A stretch of DNA of 64,000 nt, taken from Takakia lepidozioides (Eukaryota > Plantae > Bryophyta). The notes beneath the pieces are model-generated. The model had not been told where the DNA came from, did not search any database, and was given only the letters and a program-made list of their open reading frames with translations. Below, in pieces: positions 34,001-49,000 of this stretch. Location of the stretch: positions 26,970,001 through 27,034,000 of the forward strand of contig CM060734.1 of assembly GCA_030704615.1 (NCBI GenBank), given 5' to 3'. Both the position numbers and the translations under genes were made by a program. How positions within the stretch are numbered: position 1 is the first letter of the stretch; each line of letters begins with the position of its first letter.

Positions 34001-37000
34001 TACGTGTCGAGTATCAGGTCAATCGAAATTGATTGAAAGGGTGAACCCATCGTTCGATGTTCAAATGAATTTTTGATTGCTTTCAATCTTTGCGAGTGTG
34101 TTGGACATACCTTGTCACATGCTCCTCTCAAGTATGAAGTCAATCAAAATTGATTGAAAGGGTGAACCCATCGTTCGATGTTCAAATGATTTTTGATTGC
34201 TTTCAAACATTGCGAGTGTGTTGGACATACCTTGTCAGAGGTACGTGTCGAGTATCAAGTCAATCGAAATTGATTGAAAGGGTGAACCCATCGTTCGATG
34301 TTCAAATGAATTTTTGATTGCTTTCAATCTTTGCGAGTGTGTTGGACATACCTTGTCACATGCTCCTCTCAAGTATGAAGTCAATCAAAATTGATTGAAA
34401 GGGTGAACCCATCGTTCGATGTTCAAATGAATTTTTGATTGCTTTCAAACATTGCGAGTGTGTTGGACATACCTTGTCAGAGGTACGTGTCGAGTATCAG
34501 TCAATCGAAATTGATTGAAAGGGTGAACCCATCGTTCGATGTTCAAATGAATTTTTGATTGCTTTCAATCTTTGCGAGTGTGTTGGACATACCTTGTCAC
34601 ATGCTCCTCTCAAGTATGAAGTCAATCAAAATTGATTGAAAGGGTGAACCCATCGTTCGATGTTCAAATGAATTTTTGATTGCTTTCAATCTTTGCGAGT
34701 GTGTTGGACATACCTTGTCACATGCTCCTCTCAAGTATGAAGTCAATCAAAATTGATTGAAAGGGTGAACCCATCGTTCGATGTTCAAATGATTTTTGAT
34801 TGCTTTCAATCTTTGCGAGTGTGTTGGACATACCTTGTCACATGCTCCTCTCAAGTATGAAGTCAATCAAAATTGATTGAAAGGGTGAACCCATCGTTCG
34901 ATGTTCAAATGATTTTTGATTGCTTTCAAACTTTGCGAGTGTGTTGGACATACCTTGTCACATGCTCCTCTCAAGTATGAAGTCAATCAAAATTGATTGA
35001 AAGGGTGAACCCATCGTTCGATGTTCAAATGATTTTTGATTGCTTTCAAACATTGCGAGTGTGTTGGACATACCTTGTCAGAGGTACGTGTCGAGTATCA
35101 GGTCAATCGAAATTGATTCAAAGGGTGAACCCATCGTTCGATGTTCAAATGAATTTTTGATTGCTTTCAATCTTTGCGAGTGTGTTGGACATACCTTGTC
35201 ACATGCTCCTCTCAAGTATGAAGTCAATCAAAATTGATTGAAAGGGTGAACCCATCGTTCGATGTTCAAATGATTTTTGATTGCTTTCAAACATTGCGAG
35301 TGTGTTGGACATACCTTGTCAGAGGTACGTGTCGAGTATCAAGTCAATCGAAATTGATTGAAAGGGTGAACCCATCGTTCGATGTTCAAATGAATTTTTG
35401 ATTGCTTTCAATCTTTGCGAGTGTGTTGGACATACCTTGTCACATGCTCCTCTCAAGTATGAAGTCAATCAAAATTGATTGAAAGGGTGAACCCATCGTT
35501 CGATGTTCAAATGAATTTTTGATTGCTTTCAAACATTGCGAGTGTGTTGGACATACCTTGTCAGAGGTACGTGTGAGTATCAGTCAATCGAAATTGATTG
35601 AAAGGGTGAACCCATCGTTCGATGTTCAAATGAATTTTTGATTGCTTTCAATCTTTGCGAGTGTGTTGGACATACCTTGTCACATGCTCCTCTCAAGTAT
35701 GAAGTCAATCAAAATTGATTGAAAGGGTGAACCCATCGTTCGATGTTCAAATGAATTTTTGATTGCTTTCAAACATTGCGAGTGTGTTGGACATACCTTG
35801 TCACAGGTACGTGTGAGTATGAGGTCAATCGAAATTGATTCAAAGGGTGAACCCATCGTTCGATGTTCAAATGAATTTTTGATTGCTTTCAATCTTTGCG
35901 AGTGTGTTGGACATACCTTGTCACATGCTCCTCAAAGGGTGAACCCATCGTTCGATGTTCAAATGAATTTTTGATTGCTTTCAATCTTTGCGAGTGTGTT
36001 GGACATACCTTGTCACATGCTCCTCTCAAGTATGAAGTCAATCAAAATTGATTGAAAGGGTGAACCCATCGTTCGATGTTCAAATGATTTTTGATTGCTT
36101 TCAAACATTGCGAGTGTGTTGGACATACCTTGTCACATGCTCCTCTCAAGTATGAAGTCAATCAAAATTGATTGAAAGGGTGAACCCATCGTTCGATGTT
36201 CAAATGATTTTTGATTGCTTTCAAACATTGCGAGTGTGTTGGACATACCTTGTCAGAGGTACGTGTCGAGTATCAAGTCAATCGAAATTGATTGAAAGGG
36301 TGAACCCATCGTTCGATGTTCAAATGAATTTTTGATTGCTTTCAATCTTTGCGAGTGTGTTGGACATACCTTGTCACATGCTCCTCTCAAGTATGAAGTC
36401 AATCAAAATTGATTGAAAGGGTGAACCCATCGTTCGATGTTCAAATGATTTTTGATTGCTTTCAAACATTGCGAGTGTGTTGGACATACCTTGTCACATG
36501 CTCCTCTCAAGTATGAAGTCAATCAAAATTGATTGAAAGGGTGAACCCATCGTTCGATGTTCAAATGATTTTTGATTGCTTTCAAACATTGCGAGTGTGT
36601 TGGACATACCTTGTCACATGCTCCTCTCAAGTATGAAGTCAATCAAAATTGATTGAAAGGGTGAACCCATCGTTCGATGTTCAAATGATTTTTGATTGCT
36701 TTCAATCTTTGCGAGTGTGTTGGACATACCTTGTCACATGCTCCTCTCAAGTATGAAGTCAATCAAAATTGATTGAAAGGGTGAACCCATCGTTCGATGT
36801 TCAAATGATTTTTGATTGCTTTCAATCATTGCGAGTGTGTTGGACATACCTTGTCACATGCTCCTCTCAAGTATGAAGTCAATCAAAATTGATTGAAAGG
36901 GTGAACCCATCGTTCGATGTTCAAATGAATTTTTGATTGCTTTCAAACATTGCGAGTGTGTTGGACATACCTTGTCAGAGGTACGTGTCGAGTATCAGGT

Positions 37001-40000
37001 CAATCGAAATTGATTGAAAGGGTGAACCCATCGTTCGATGTTCAAATGAATTTTTGATTGCTTTCAATCTTTGCGAGTGTGTTGGACATACCTTGTCACA
37101 TGCTCCTCTCAAGTATGAAGTCAATCAAAATTGATTGAAAGGGTGAACCCATCGTTCGATGTTCAAATGATTTTTGATTGCTTTCAAACATTGCGAGTGT
37201 GTTGGACATACCTTGTCAGAGGTACGTGTCGAGTATCAAGTCAATCGAAATTGATTGAAAGGGTGAACCCATCGTTCGATGTTCAAATGAATTTTTGATT
37301 GCTTTCAATCTTTGCGAGTGTGTTGGACATACCTTGTCACATGCTCCTCTCAAGTATGAAGTCAATCAAAATTGATTGAAAGGGTGAACCCATCGTTCGA
37401 TGTTCAAATGAATTTTTGATTGCTTTCAATCTTTGCGAGTGTGTTGGACATACCTTGTCACATGCTCCTCTCAAGTATGAAGTCAATCAAAATTGATTGA
37501 AAGGGTGAACCCATCGTTCGATGTTCAAATGATTTTTGATTGCTTTCAATCTTTGCGAGTGTGTTGGACATACCTTGTCACATGCTCCTCTCAAGTATGA
37601 AGTCAATCAAAATTGATTGAAAGGGTGAACCCATCGTTCGATGTTCAAATGATTTTTGATTGCTTTCAACATTGCGAGTGTGTTGGACATACCTTGTCAC
37701 ATGCTCCTCTCAAGTATGAAGTCAATCAAAATTGATTGAAAGGGTGAACCCATCGTTCGATGTTCAAATGAATTTTTGATTGCTTTCAAACATTGCGAGT
37801 GTGTTGGACATACCTTGTCAGAGGTACGTGTCGAGTATCAGGTCAATCGAAATTGATTCAAAGGGTGAACCCATCGTTCGATGTTCAAATGAATTTTTGA
37901 TTGCTTTCAATCTTTGCGAGTGTGTTGGACATACCTTGTCACATGCTCCTCTCAAGTATGAAGTCAATCAAAATTGATTGAAAGGGTGAACCCATCGTTC
38001 GATGTTCAAATGATTTTGATTGCTTTCAAACATTGCGAGTGTGTTGGACATACCTTGTCAGAGGTACGTGTCGAGTATCAAGTCAATCGAAATTGATTGA
38101 AAGGGTGAACCCATCGTTCGATGTTCAAATGAATTTTTGATTGCTTTCAATCTTTGCGAGTGTGTTGGACATACCTTGTCACATGCTCCTCTCAAGTATG
38201 AAGTCAATCAAAATTGATTGAAAGGGTGAACCCATCGTTCGATGTTCAAATGATTTTTGATTGCTTTCAAACATTGCGAGTGTGTTGGACATACCTTGTC
38301 AGAGGTACGTGTCGAGTATCAGTCAATCGAAATTGATTGAAAGGGTGAACCCATCGTTCGATGTTCAAATGAATTTTGATTGCTTTCAATCTTTGCGAGT
38401 GTGTTGGACATACCTTGTCACATGCTCCTCTCAAGTATGAAGTCAATCAAAATTGATTGAAAGGGTGAACCCATCGTTCGATGTTCAAATGAATTTTTGA
38501 TTGCTTTCAAACATTGCGAGTGTGTTGGACATACCTTGTCACAGGTACGTGTCAAGTATGAAGTCAATCGAAATTGATTGAAAGGGTGAACCCATCGTTC
38601 GATGTTCAAATGAATTTTTGATTGCTTTCAAACATTGCGAGTGTGTTGGACATACCTTGTCACAGGTCCTCTCAAGTATGAAGTCAATCAAAATTGATTG
38701 AAAGGGTGAACCCATCGTTCGATGTTCAAATGAATTTTTGATTGCTTTCAATCTTTGCGAGTGTGTTGGACATACCTTGTCACATGCTCCTCTCAAGTAT
38801 GAAGTCAATCAAAATTGATTGAAAGGGTGAACCCATCGTTCGATGTTCAAATGAATTTTTGATTGCTTTCAATCTTTGCGAGTGTGTTGGACATACCTTG
38901 TCACATGCTCCTCTCAAGTATGAAGTCAATCAAAATTGATTGAAAGGGTGAACCCATCGTTCGATGTTCAAATGATTTTTGATTGCTTTCAATCTTTGCG
39001 AGTGTGTTGGACATACCTTGTCACATGCTCCTCTCAAGTATGAAGTCAATCAAATTGATTGAAAGGGTGAACCCATCGTTCGATGTTCAAATGATTTTTG
39101 ATTGCTTTCAAACATTGCGAGTGTGTTGGACATACCTTGTCACATGCTCCTCTCAAGTATGAAGTCAATCAAAATTGATTGAAAGGGTGAACCCATCGTT
39201 CGATGTTCAAATGAATTTTTGATTGCTTTCAAACATTGCGAGTGTGTTGGACATACCTTGTCAGAGGTACGTGTCGAGTATCAGGTCAATCGAAATTGAT
39301 TCAAAGGGTGAACCCATCGTTCGATGTTCAAATGAATTTTTGATTGCTTTCAATCTTTGCGAGTGTGTTGGACATACCTTGTCACATGCTCCTCTCAAGT
39401 ATGAAGTCAATCAAAATTGATTGAAAGGGTGAACCCATCGTTCGATGTTCAAATGATTTTTGATTGCTTTCAAACATTGCGAGTGTGTTGGACATACCTT
39501 GTCAGAGGTACGTGTCGAGTATCAAGTCAATCGAAATTGATTGAAAGGGTGAACCCATCGTTCGATGTTCAAATGAATTTTTGATTGCTTTCAATCTTTG
39601 CGAGTGTGTTGGACATACCTTGTCACATGCTCCTCTCAAGTATGAAGTCAATCAAAATTGATTGAAAGGGTGAACCCATCGTTCGATGTTCAAATGAATT
39701 TTTGATTGCTTTCAAACATTGCGAGTGTGTTGGACATACCTTGTCAGAGGTACGTGTGGAGTATCACGTCAATCGAAATTGATTGAAAGGGTGAACCCAT
39801 CGTTCGATGTTCAAATGAATTTTTGATTGCTTTCAATCTTTGCGAGTGTGTTGGACATACCTTGTCACATGCTCCTCTCAAGTATGAAGTCAATCAAAAT
39901 TGATTGAAAGGGTGAACCCATCGTTCGATGTTCAAATGAATTTTTGATTGCTTTCAAACATTGCGAGTGTGTTGGACATACCTTGTCACAGGTACGTGTC

Positions 40001-43000
40001 AAGTATGAGGTCAATCGAAATTGATTGAAAGGGTGAACCCATCGTTCGATGTTCAAATGAATTTTTGATTGCTTTCAATCTTTGCGAGTGTGTTGGACAT
40101 ACCTTGTCACATGCTCCTCAAAGGGTGAACCCATCGTTCGATGTTCAAATGAATTTTTGATTGCTTTCAATCTTTGCGAGTGTGTTGGACATACCTTGTC
40201 ACATGCTCCTCTCAAGTATGAAGTCAATCAAAATTGATTGAAAGGGTGAACCCATCGTTCGATGTTCAAATGATTTTTGATTGCTTTCAATCTTTGCGAG
40301 TGTGTTGGACATACCTTGTCACATGCTCCTCTCAAGTATGAAGTCAATCAAAATTGATTGAAAGGGTGAACCCATCGTTCGATGTTCAAATGATTTTTGA
40401 TTGCTTTCAAACATTGCGAGTGTGTTGGACATACCTTGTCACATGCTCCTCTCAAGTATGAAGTCAATCAAAATTGATTGAAAGGGTGAACCCATCGTTC
40501 GATGTTCAAATGAATTTTTGATTGCTTTCAAACATTGCGAGTGTGTTGGACATACCTTGTCACAGGTACTGTCGAGTATCAGGTCAATCGAAATTGATTC
40601 AAAGGGTGAACCCATCGTTCGATGTTCAAATGATTTTTGATTGCTTTCAATCTTTGCGAGTGTGTTGGACATACCTTGTCACATGCTCCTCTCAAGTATG
40701 AAGTCAATCAAAATTGATTGAAAGGGTGAACCCATCGTTCGATGTTCAAATGATTTTTGATTGCTTTCAAACATTGCGAGTGTGTTGGACATACCTTGTC
40801 ACAGGTACGTGTCGAGTATCAAGTCAATCAAAATTGATTGAAAGGGTGAACCCATCGTTCGATGTTCAAATGAATTTTTGATTGCTTTCAATCTTTGCGA
40901 GTGTGTTGGACATACCTTGTCACATGCTACTCAAGTATGAAGTCAATCAAAATTGATTGAAAGGGTGAACCCATCGTTCGATGTTCAAATGAATTTTTGA
41001 TTGCTTTCAAACATTGCGAGTGTGTTGGACATACCTTGTCAGAGGTACGTCTGAGTATCACGTCAATCGAAATTGATTGAAAGGGTGAACCCATCGTTCG
41101 ATGTTCAAATGAATTTTTGATTGCTTTCAATCTTTGCGAGTGTGTTGGACATACCTTGTCACATGCTCCTCTCAAGTATGAAGTCAATCGAAATTGATTG
41201 AAAGGGTGAACCCATCGTTCGATGTTCAAATGAATTTTTGATTGCTTTCAATCTTTGCGAGTGTGTTGGACATACCTTGTCACATGCTCCTCTCAAGTAT
41301 GAAGTCAATCAAAATTGATTGAAAGGGTGAACCCATCGTTCGATGTTCAAATGATTTTGATTGCTTTCAACTTTGCGAGTGTGTTGGACATACCTTGTCA
41401 CATGCTCCTCTCAAGTATGAAGTCAATCAAAATTGATTGAAAGGGTGAACCCATCGTTCGATGTTCAAATGATTTTTGATTGCTTTCAACATTGCGAGTG
41501 TGTTGGACATACCTTGTCACATGCTCCTCTCAAGTATGAAGTCAATCAAAATTGATTGAAAGGGTGAACCCATCGTTCGATGTTCAAATGAATTTTTGAT
41601 TGCTTTCAAACATTGCGAGTGTGTTGGACATACCTTGTCAGAGGTACGTGTCGAGTATCAGGTCAATCGAAATTGATTGAAAGGGTGAACCCATCGTTCG
41701 ATGTTCAAATGAATTTTTGATTGCTTTCAATCTTTGCGAGTGTGTTGGACATACCTTGTCACATGCTCCTCTCAAGTATGAAGTCAATCAAAATTGATTG
41801 AAAGGGTGAACCCATCGTTCGATGTTCAAATGATTTTTGATTGCTTTCAAACATTGCGAGTGTGTTGGACATACCTTGTCAGAGGTACGTGTCGAGTATC
41901 AAGTCAATCGAAATTGATTGAAAGGGTGAACCCATCGTTCGATGTTCAAATGAATTTTTGATTGCTTTCAATCTTTGCGAGTGTGTTGGACATACCTTGT
42001 CACATGCTCCTCTCAAGTATGAAGTCAATCAAAATTGATTGAAAGGGTGAACCCATCGTTCGATGTTCAAATGATTTTTGATTGCTTTCAAACATTGCGA
42101 GTGTGTTGGACTACCTTGTCAGAGGTACTGTCGAGTATCAAGTCAATCGAAATTGATTGAAAGGGTGAACCCATCGTTCGATGTTCAAATGAATTTTTGA
42201 TTGCTTTCAATCTTTGCGAGTGTGTTGGACATACCTTGTCACATGCTCCTCTCAAGTATGAAGTCAATCAAAATTGATTGAAAGGGTGAACCCATCGTTC
42301 GATGTTCAAATGAATTTTTGATTGCTTTCAAACATTGCGAGTGTGTTGGACATACCTTGTCACAGGTACGTGTCGAGTATGAGGTCAATCGAAATTGATT
42401 CAAAGGGTGAACCCATCGTTCGATGTTCAAATGAATTTTTGATTGCTTTCAATCTTTGCGAGTGTGTTGGACATACCTTGTCACATGCTCCTCAAAGGGT
42501 GAACCCATCGTTCGATGTTCGAATAAATTTTTTTTGATTGCTTTCAATCTTTGCGAGTGTGTTGGACATACCTTGTCACATGCTCCTCTCAGTATGAAGT
42601 CAATCAAAATTGATTGAAAGGGTGAACCCATCGTTCGATGTTCAAATGATTTTTGATTGCTTTCAATCTTTGCGAGTGTGTTGGACATACCTTGTCACAT
42701 GCTCCTCTCAAGTATGAGTCAATCAAAATTGATTGAAAGGGTGAACCCATCGTTCGATGTTCAAATGATTTTTGATTGCTTTCAATCTTTGCGAGTGTGT
42801 TGGACATACCTTGTCACATGCTCCTCTCAAGTATGAAGTCAATCAAAATTGATTGAAAGGGTGAACCCATCGTTCGATGTTCAAATGAATTTTTGATTGC
42901 TTTCAAACATTGCGAGTGTGTTGGACATACCTTGTCAGAGGTACGTGTCGAGTATCAGGTCAATCGAATTGATTCAAGGGTGAACCCATCGTTCGATGTT

Positions 43001-46000
43001 CAAATGAATTTTGATTGCTTTCAATCTTTGCGAGTGTGTTGGACATACCTTGTCACATGCTCCTCTCAAGTATGAAGTCAATCAAAATTGATTGAAAGGG
43101 TGAACCCATCGTTCGATGTTCAAATGATTTTTGATTGCTTTCAAATTGCGAGTGTGTTGGACATACCTTGTCAGAGGTACGTGTCGAGTATCAGTCAATC
43201 GAAATTGATTGAAAGGGTGAACCCATCGTTCGATGTTCAAATGAATTTTTGATTGCTTTCAATCTTTGCGAGTGTGTTGGACATACCTTGTCACATGCTC
43301 CTCTCAAGTATGAAGTCAATCAAAATTGATTGAAAGGGTGAACCCATCGTTCGATGTTCAAATGATTTTTGATTGCTTTCAAACATTGCGAGTGTGTTGG
43401 ACATACCTTGTCAGAGGTACGTGTCGAGTATCAGTCAATCGAAATTGATTGAAAGGGTGAACCCATCGTTCGATGTTCAAATGAATTTTTGATTGCTTTC
43501 AATCTTTGCGAGTGTGTTGGACATACCTTGTCACATGCTCCTCTCAAGTATGAAGTCAATCAAAATTGATTGAAAGGGTGAACCCATCGTTCGATGTTCA
43601 AATGATTTTTGATTGCTTTCAATCTTTGCGAGTGTGTTGGACATACCTTGTCACATGCTCCTCTCAAGTATGAAGTCAATCAAAATTGATTGAAAGGGTG
43701 AACCCATCGTTCGATGTTCAAATGATTTTTGATTGCTTTCAAACATTGCGAGTGTGTTGGACATACCTTGTCACATGCTCCTCTCAGTATGAAGTCAATC
43801 AAATTGATTGAAAGGGTGAACCCATCGTTCGATGTTCAAATGATTTTTGATTGCTTTCAAACTTTGCGAGTGTGTTGGACATACCTTGTCACATGCTCCT
43901 CTCAAGTATGAAGTCAATCAAATTGATTGAAGGGTGAACCCATCGTTCGATGTTCAAATGAATTTTTGATTGCTTTCAAACATTGCGAGTGTGTTGGACA
44001 TACCTTGTCAAGGTACGTGTCGAGTATCAGGTCATCGAAATTGATTGAAGGGTGAACCCATCGTTCGATGTTCAAATGAATTTTTGATTGCTTTCAATCT
44101 TTGCGAGTGTGTTGGACATACCTTGTCACATGCTCCTCTCAAGTATGAAGTCAATCAAATTGATTGAAAGGGTGAACCCATCGTTCGATGTTCAAATGAT
44201 TTTTGATTGCTTCAAACATTGCGAGTGTGTTGGACATACCTTGTCACAGGTACGTGTCGAGTATCAAGTCAATCGAATTGATTGAAAGGTGAACCCATCG
44301 TTCGATGTTCAAATGAATTTTTGATTGCTTTCATCTTTGCGAGTGTGTTGGACATACCTTGTCACATGCTCCTCAAAGGGTGAACCCATCGTTCGATGTT
44401 CAAATGAATTTTTGATTGCTTTCAATCTTTGCGAGTGTGTTGGACATACCTTGTCACATGCTCCTCTCAAGTATGAAGTCAATCAAAATTGATTGAAAGG
44501 GTGAACCCATCGTTCGATGTTCAAATGATTTTTGATTGCTTTCAATCTTTGCGAGTGTGTTGGACATACCTTGTCACATGCTCCTCTCAAGTATAGTCAA
44601 TCAAAATTGATTGAAAGGGTGAACCCATCGTTCGATGTTCAAATGATTTTTGATTGCTTTCAAACATTGCGAGTGTGTTGGACATACCTTGTCACATGCT
44701 CCTCTCAGTATGAAGTCAATCAAATTTGATTGAAAGGGTGAACCCATCGTTCGATGTTCAAATGAATTTTTGATTGCTTTCAAACATTGCGAGTGTGTTG
44801 GACATACCTTGTCACAGGTACGTGTGGAGTATCAGGTCAATCGAAATTGATTCAAAGGGTGAACCCATCGTTCGATGTTCAAATGATTTTATTGCTTTCA
44901 ATCTTTGCGAGTGTGTTGGACATACCTTGTCACATGCTCCTCAAAGGGTGAACCCATCGTTCGATGTTCAAATGATTTTTGATTGCTTTCAATCTTGGCG
45001 TGTGTTGGACATACCTTGTCACATGCTCCTCTCAAGTATGAAGTCAATCAAAATTGATTGAAAGGGTGAACCCATCGTTCGATGTTCAAATGAATTTTGA
45101 TTGCTTTCAATCTTTGCGAGTGTGTGTTGGACATACCTTGTCACATGCTCCTCTCAAGTATGAAGTCAATCAAAATTGATTGAAAGGGAAACCCATCGTT
45201 CGATGTTCAAATGATTTTGATGCTTTCAAACATTGCGAGTGTGTTGGACATACCTTGTCACAGGTCCTCTCAAGTATGAAGTCAATCGAAATTGATTGAA
45301 AGGGTGAACCCATCGTTCGATGTTCAAATGATTTTTGATTGCTTTCAAACATTGCGAGTGTGTTGGACATACCTTGTCACAGGTACGTCTCAAGTATGAA
45401 GTCAATCAAAATTGATTGAAAGGGTGAACCCATCGTTCGATGTTCAAATGATTTTGATTGCTTTCAAACATTGCGAGTGTGTTGGACATACCTTGTCAGA
45501 TGCTCCTCTCAAGTATGAAGTCAATCAAAATTGATTGAAAGGGTGAACCCATCGTTCGATGTTCAAATGATTTTTGATTGCTTTCAAACATTGCGAGTGT
45601 GTTGGACATACCTTGTCAGAGGTACGTGTCAAGTATGAAGTCAATCGAAATTGATTGAAAGGGTGAACCATCGTTCGATGTTCAAATGAATTTTGATTGC
45701 TTTCAATCTTTGCGAGTGTGTTGGACATACCTTGTCACATGCTCCTCTCAAGTATGAAGTCAATCAAAATTGATTGAAAGGGTGAACCCATCGTTCGATG
45801 TTCAAATGATTTTGATTGCTTTCAAACATTGCGAGTGTGTTGGACATACCTTGTCAGAGGTCCTGTCGAGTATCACGTCAATCGAAAATGATTCAAAGGG
45901 TGAACCCATCGTTCGATGTTCAAATGAATTTTTGATTGCTTTCAATCTTTGCGAGTGTGTTGGACATACCTTGTCACATGCTCCTCTCAAGTATGAAGTC

Positions 46001-49000
46001 AATCAAAATGATTGAAAGGGTGAACCCATCGTTCGATGTTCAAATGATTTTGATTGCTTTCAATCATTGCGAGTGTGTGGACATACCTTGTCAGAGGTCC
46101 TCTCAAGTATGAAGTCAATCGAAATTGATTCAAGGGTGAACCCATCGTTCGATGTTCAAATGATTTTTGATTGCTTTCAATCTTGCGAGTGTGTTGGACA
46201 TACCTTGTCACATGCTCCTCTCAAGTATGAAGTCAATCAAAATTGATTGAAAGGGTGAACCCATCGTTCGATGTTCAAATGATTTTTGATTGCTTTCAAA
46301 CATTGCGAGTGTGTTGGACATACCTTCACATGCTCCTCTCAAGTATGAAGTCAATCAAAATTGATTGAAAGGGTGAACCCATCGTTCGATGTTCAAATGA
46401 TTTTGATTGCTTTCAAACTTTGCGAGTGTGTGGACATACCTTGTCAGAGGTACGTGTCGAGTATCAGGTCAATCGAAATTGATTCAAAGGGTGAACCCAT
46501 CGTTCGATGTTCAAATGAATTTTTGATTGCTTTCAATCTTTGCGAGTGTGTTGGACATACCTTGTCACATGCTCCTCTCAAGTATGAAGTCAATCAAAAT
46601 TGATTGAAAGGGTGAACCCATCGTTCGATGTTCAAATGATTTTTGATTGCTTTCAAACATTGCGAGTGTGTTGGACATACCTTGTCAGAGGTACGTGTCG
46701 AGTATCAGGTCAATCGAAATTGATTCAAAGGGTGAACCCATCGTTCGATGTTCAAATGAATTTTTGATTGCTTTCAATCTTTGCGAGTGTGTTGGACATA
46801 CCTTGTCACATGCTCCTCTCAAGTATGAAGTCAATCAAAATTGATTGAAAGGGTGAACCCATCGTTCGATGTTCAAATGATTTTTGATTGCTTTCAAACA
46901 TTGCGAGTGTGTTGGACATACCTTGTCAGAGGTACGTGTCGAGTATCAAGTCAATCGAAATTGATTCAAAGGGTGAACCATCGTTCGATGTTCAAATGAA
47001 TTTTGATTGCTTTCAATCTTTGCGAGTGTGTTGGACATACCTTGTCACATGCTCCTCTCAAGTATGAAGTCAATCAAAATTGATTGAAAGGGTGAACCCA
47101 TCGTTCGATGTTCAAATGATTTTGATTGCTTTCAAACATTGCGAGTGTGTTGGACATACCTTGTCACAGGTCCTCTCAAGTATGAAGTCAATCAAAATTG
47201 ATTGAAAGGGTGAACCCATCGTTCGATGTTCAAATGATTTTTGATTGCTTTCAATCTTTGCGAGTGTGTTGGACATACCTTGTCACATGCTCTCTCAAGT
47301 ATGAAGTCAATCAAAATGATTGAAAGGGTGAACCCATCGTTCGATGTTCAAATGATTTTTGATTGCTTTCAAACATTGCGAGTGTGTTGGACATACCTTG
47401 TCAGAGGTACGTGTCGAGTATCAAGTCAATCAAATTGATTCAAAGGGTGAACCCATCGTTCGATGTTCAAATGATTTTGATTGCTTTCAATCTTGCGAGT
47501 GTGTTGGACATACCTTGTCACATGCTCCTCTCAAGTATGAAGTCAATCAAAATTGATTGAAAGGGTGAACCCATCGTTCGATGTTCAAATGATTTTTGAT
47601 TGCTTTCAAACATTGCGAGTGTGTTGGACATACCTTGTCAGAGGTACGTGTGATGAAGTCAATCGAAATTGATTCAAAGGGTGAACCCATCGTTCGATGT
47701 TCAAATGAATTTTTGATTGCTTTCAATCTTTGCGAGTGTGTTGGACATACCTTGTCACATGCTCCTCTCAAGTATGAAGTCAATCAAAATTGATTGAAAG
47801 GGTGAACCCATCGTTCGATGTTCAAATGATCTTTGATTGCTTTCAACATTGCGAGTGTGTTGGACATACCTTGTCACAGCTCGTCTCAAGTATGAAGTCA
47901 ATCAAAATTGATTGAAAGGGTGAACCCATCGTTCGATGTTCAAATGATTTTTGATTGCTTTCAAACATTGCGAGTGTGTTGGACATACCTTGTCACATGC
48001 TCTCTCAAGTATGAAGTCAATCAAAATTGATTGAAAGGGTGAACCCATCGTTCGATGTTCAAATGATTTTTGATTGCTTTCAAACATTGCGAGTGTGTTG
48101 GACATACCTTGTCACATGCTCCTGTCAAGTATGAAGTCAATCAAAATTGATTGAAAGGGTGAACCCATCGTTCGATGTTCAAATGATTTTTGATTGCTTT
48201 CAATCTTTGCGAGTGTGTTGGACATACCTTGTCACATGCTCCTCTCAAGTATGAAGTCAATCAAAATTGATGAAAGGGTGAACCCATCGTTCGATGTTCA
48301 AATGATTTTTGATTGCTTTCAAACTTTGCGAGTGTGTTGGACATACCTTGTCAGAGGTACGTGTCAGTATGAGGTCAATCGAAATTGATTCAAAGGGTGA
48401 ACCATCGTTCGATGTTCAAATGAATTTTGATTGCTTTCAATCTTTGCGAGTGTGTTGGACATACCTTGTCACATGCTCCTCTCAAGTATGAAGTCAATCA
48501 AAATTGATTGAAAGGGTGAACCCATCGTTCGATGTTCAAATGATTTTTGATTGCTTTCAAACATTGCGAGTGTGTTGGACATACCTTGTCAGAGGTACGT
48601 GTCGAGTATCAGTCAATCGAAATTGATTGAAAGGGTGAACCCATCGTTCGATGTTCAAATGAATTTTTGATTGCTTTCAATCTTTGCGAGTGTGTTGGAC
48701 ATACCTTGTCACATGCTCCTCTCAAGTATGAAGTCAATCAAAATTGATTGAAAGGGTGAACCCATCGTTCGATGTTCAAATGATTTTTGATTGCTTTCAA
48801 ACATTGCGAGTGTGTTGGACATACCTTGTCAGAGGTACGTGTCGAGTATCAAGTCAATCGAAATGATTCAAAGGGTGAACCCATCGTTCGATGTTCAAAT
48901 GAATTTTGATTGCTTTCAATCTTTGCGAGTGTGTTGGACATACCTTGTCACATGCTCCTCTCAAGTATGAAGTCAATCAAAATTGATTGAAAGGGTGAAC

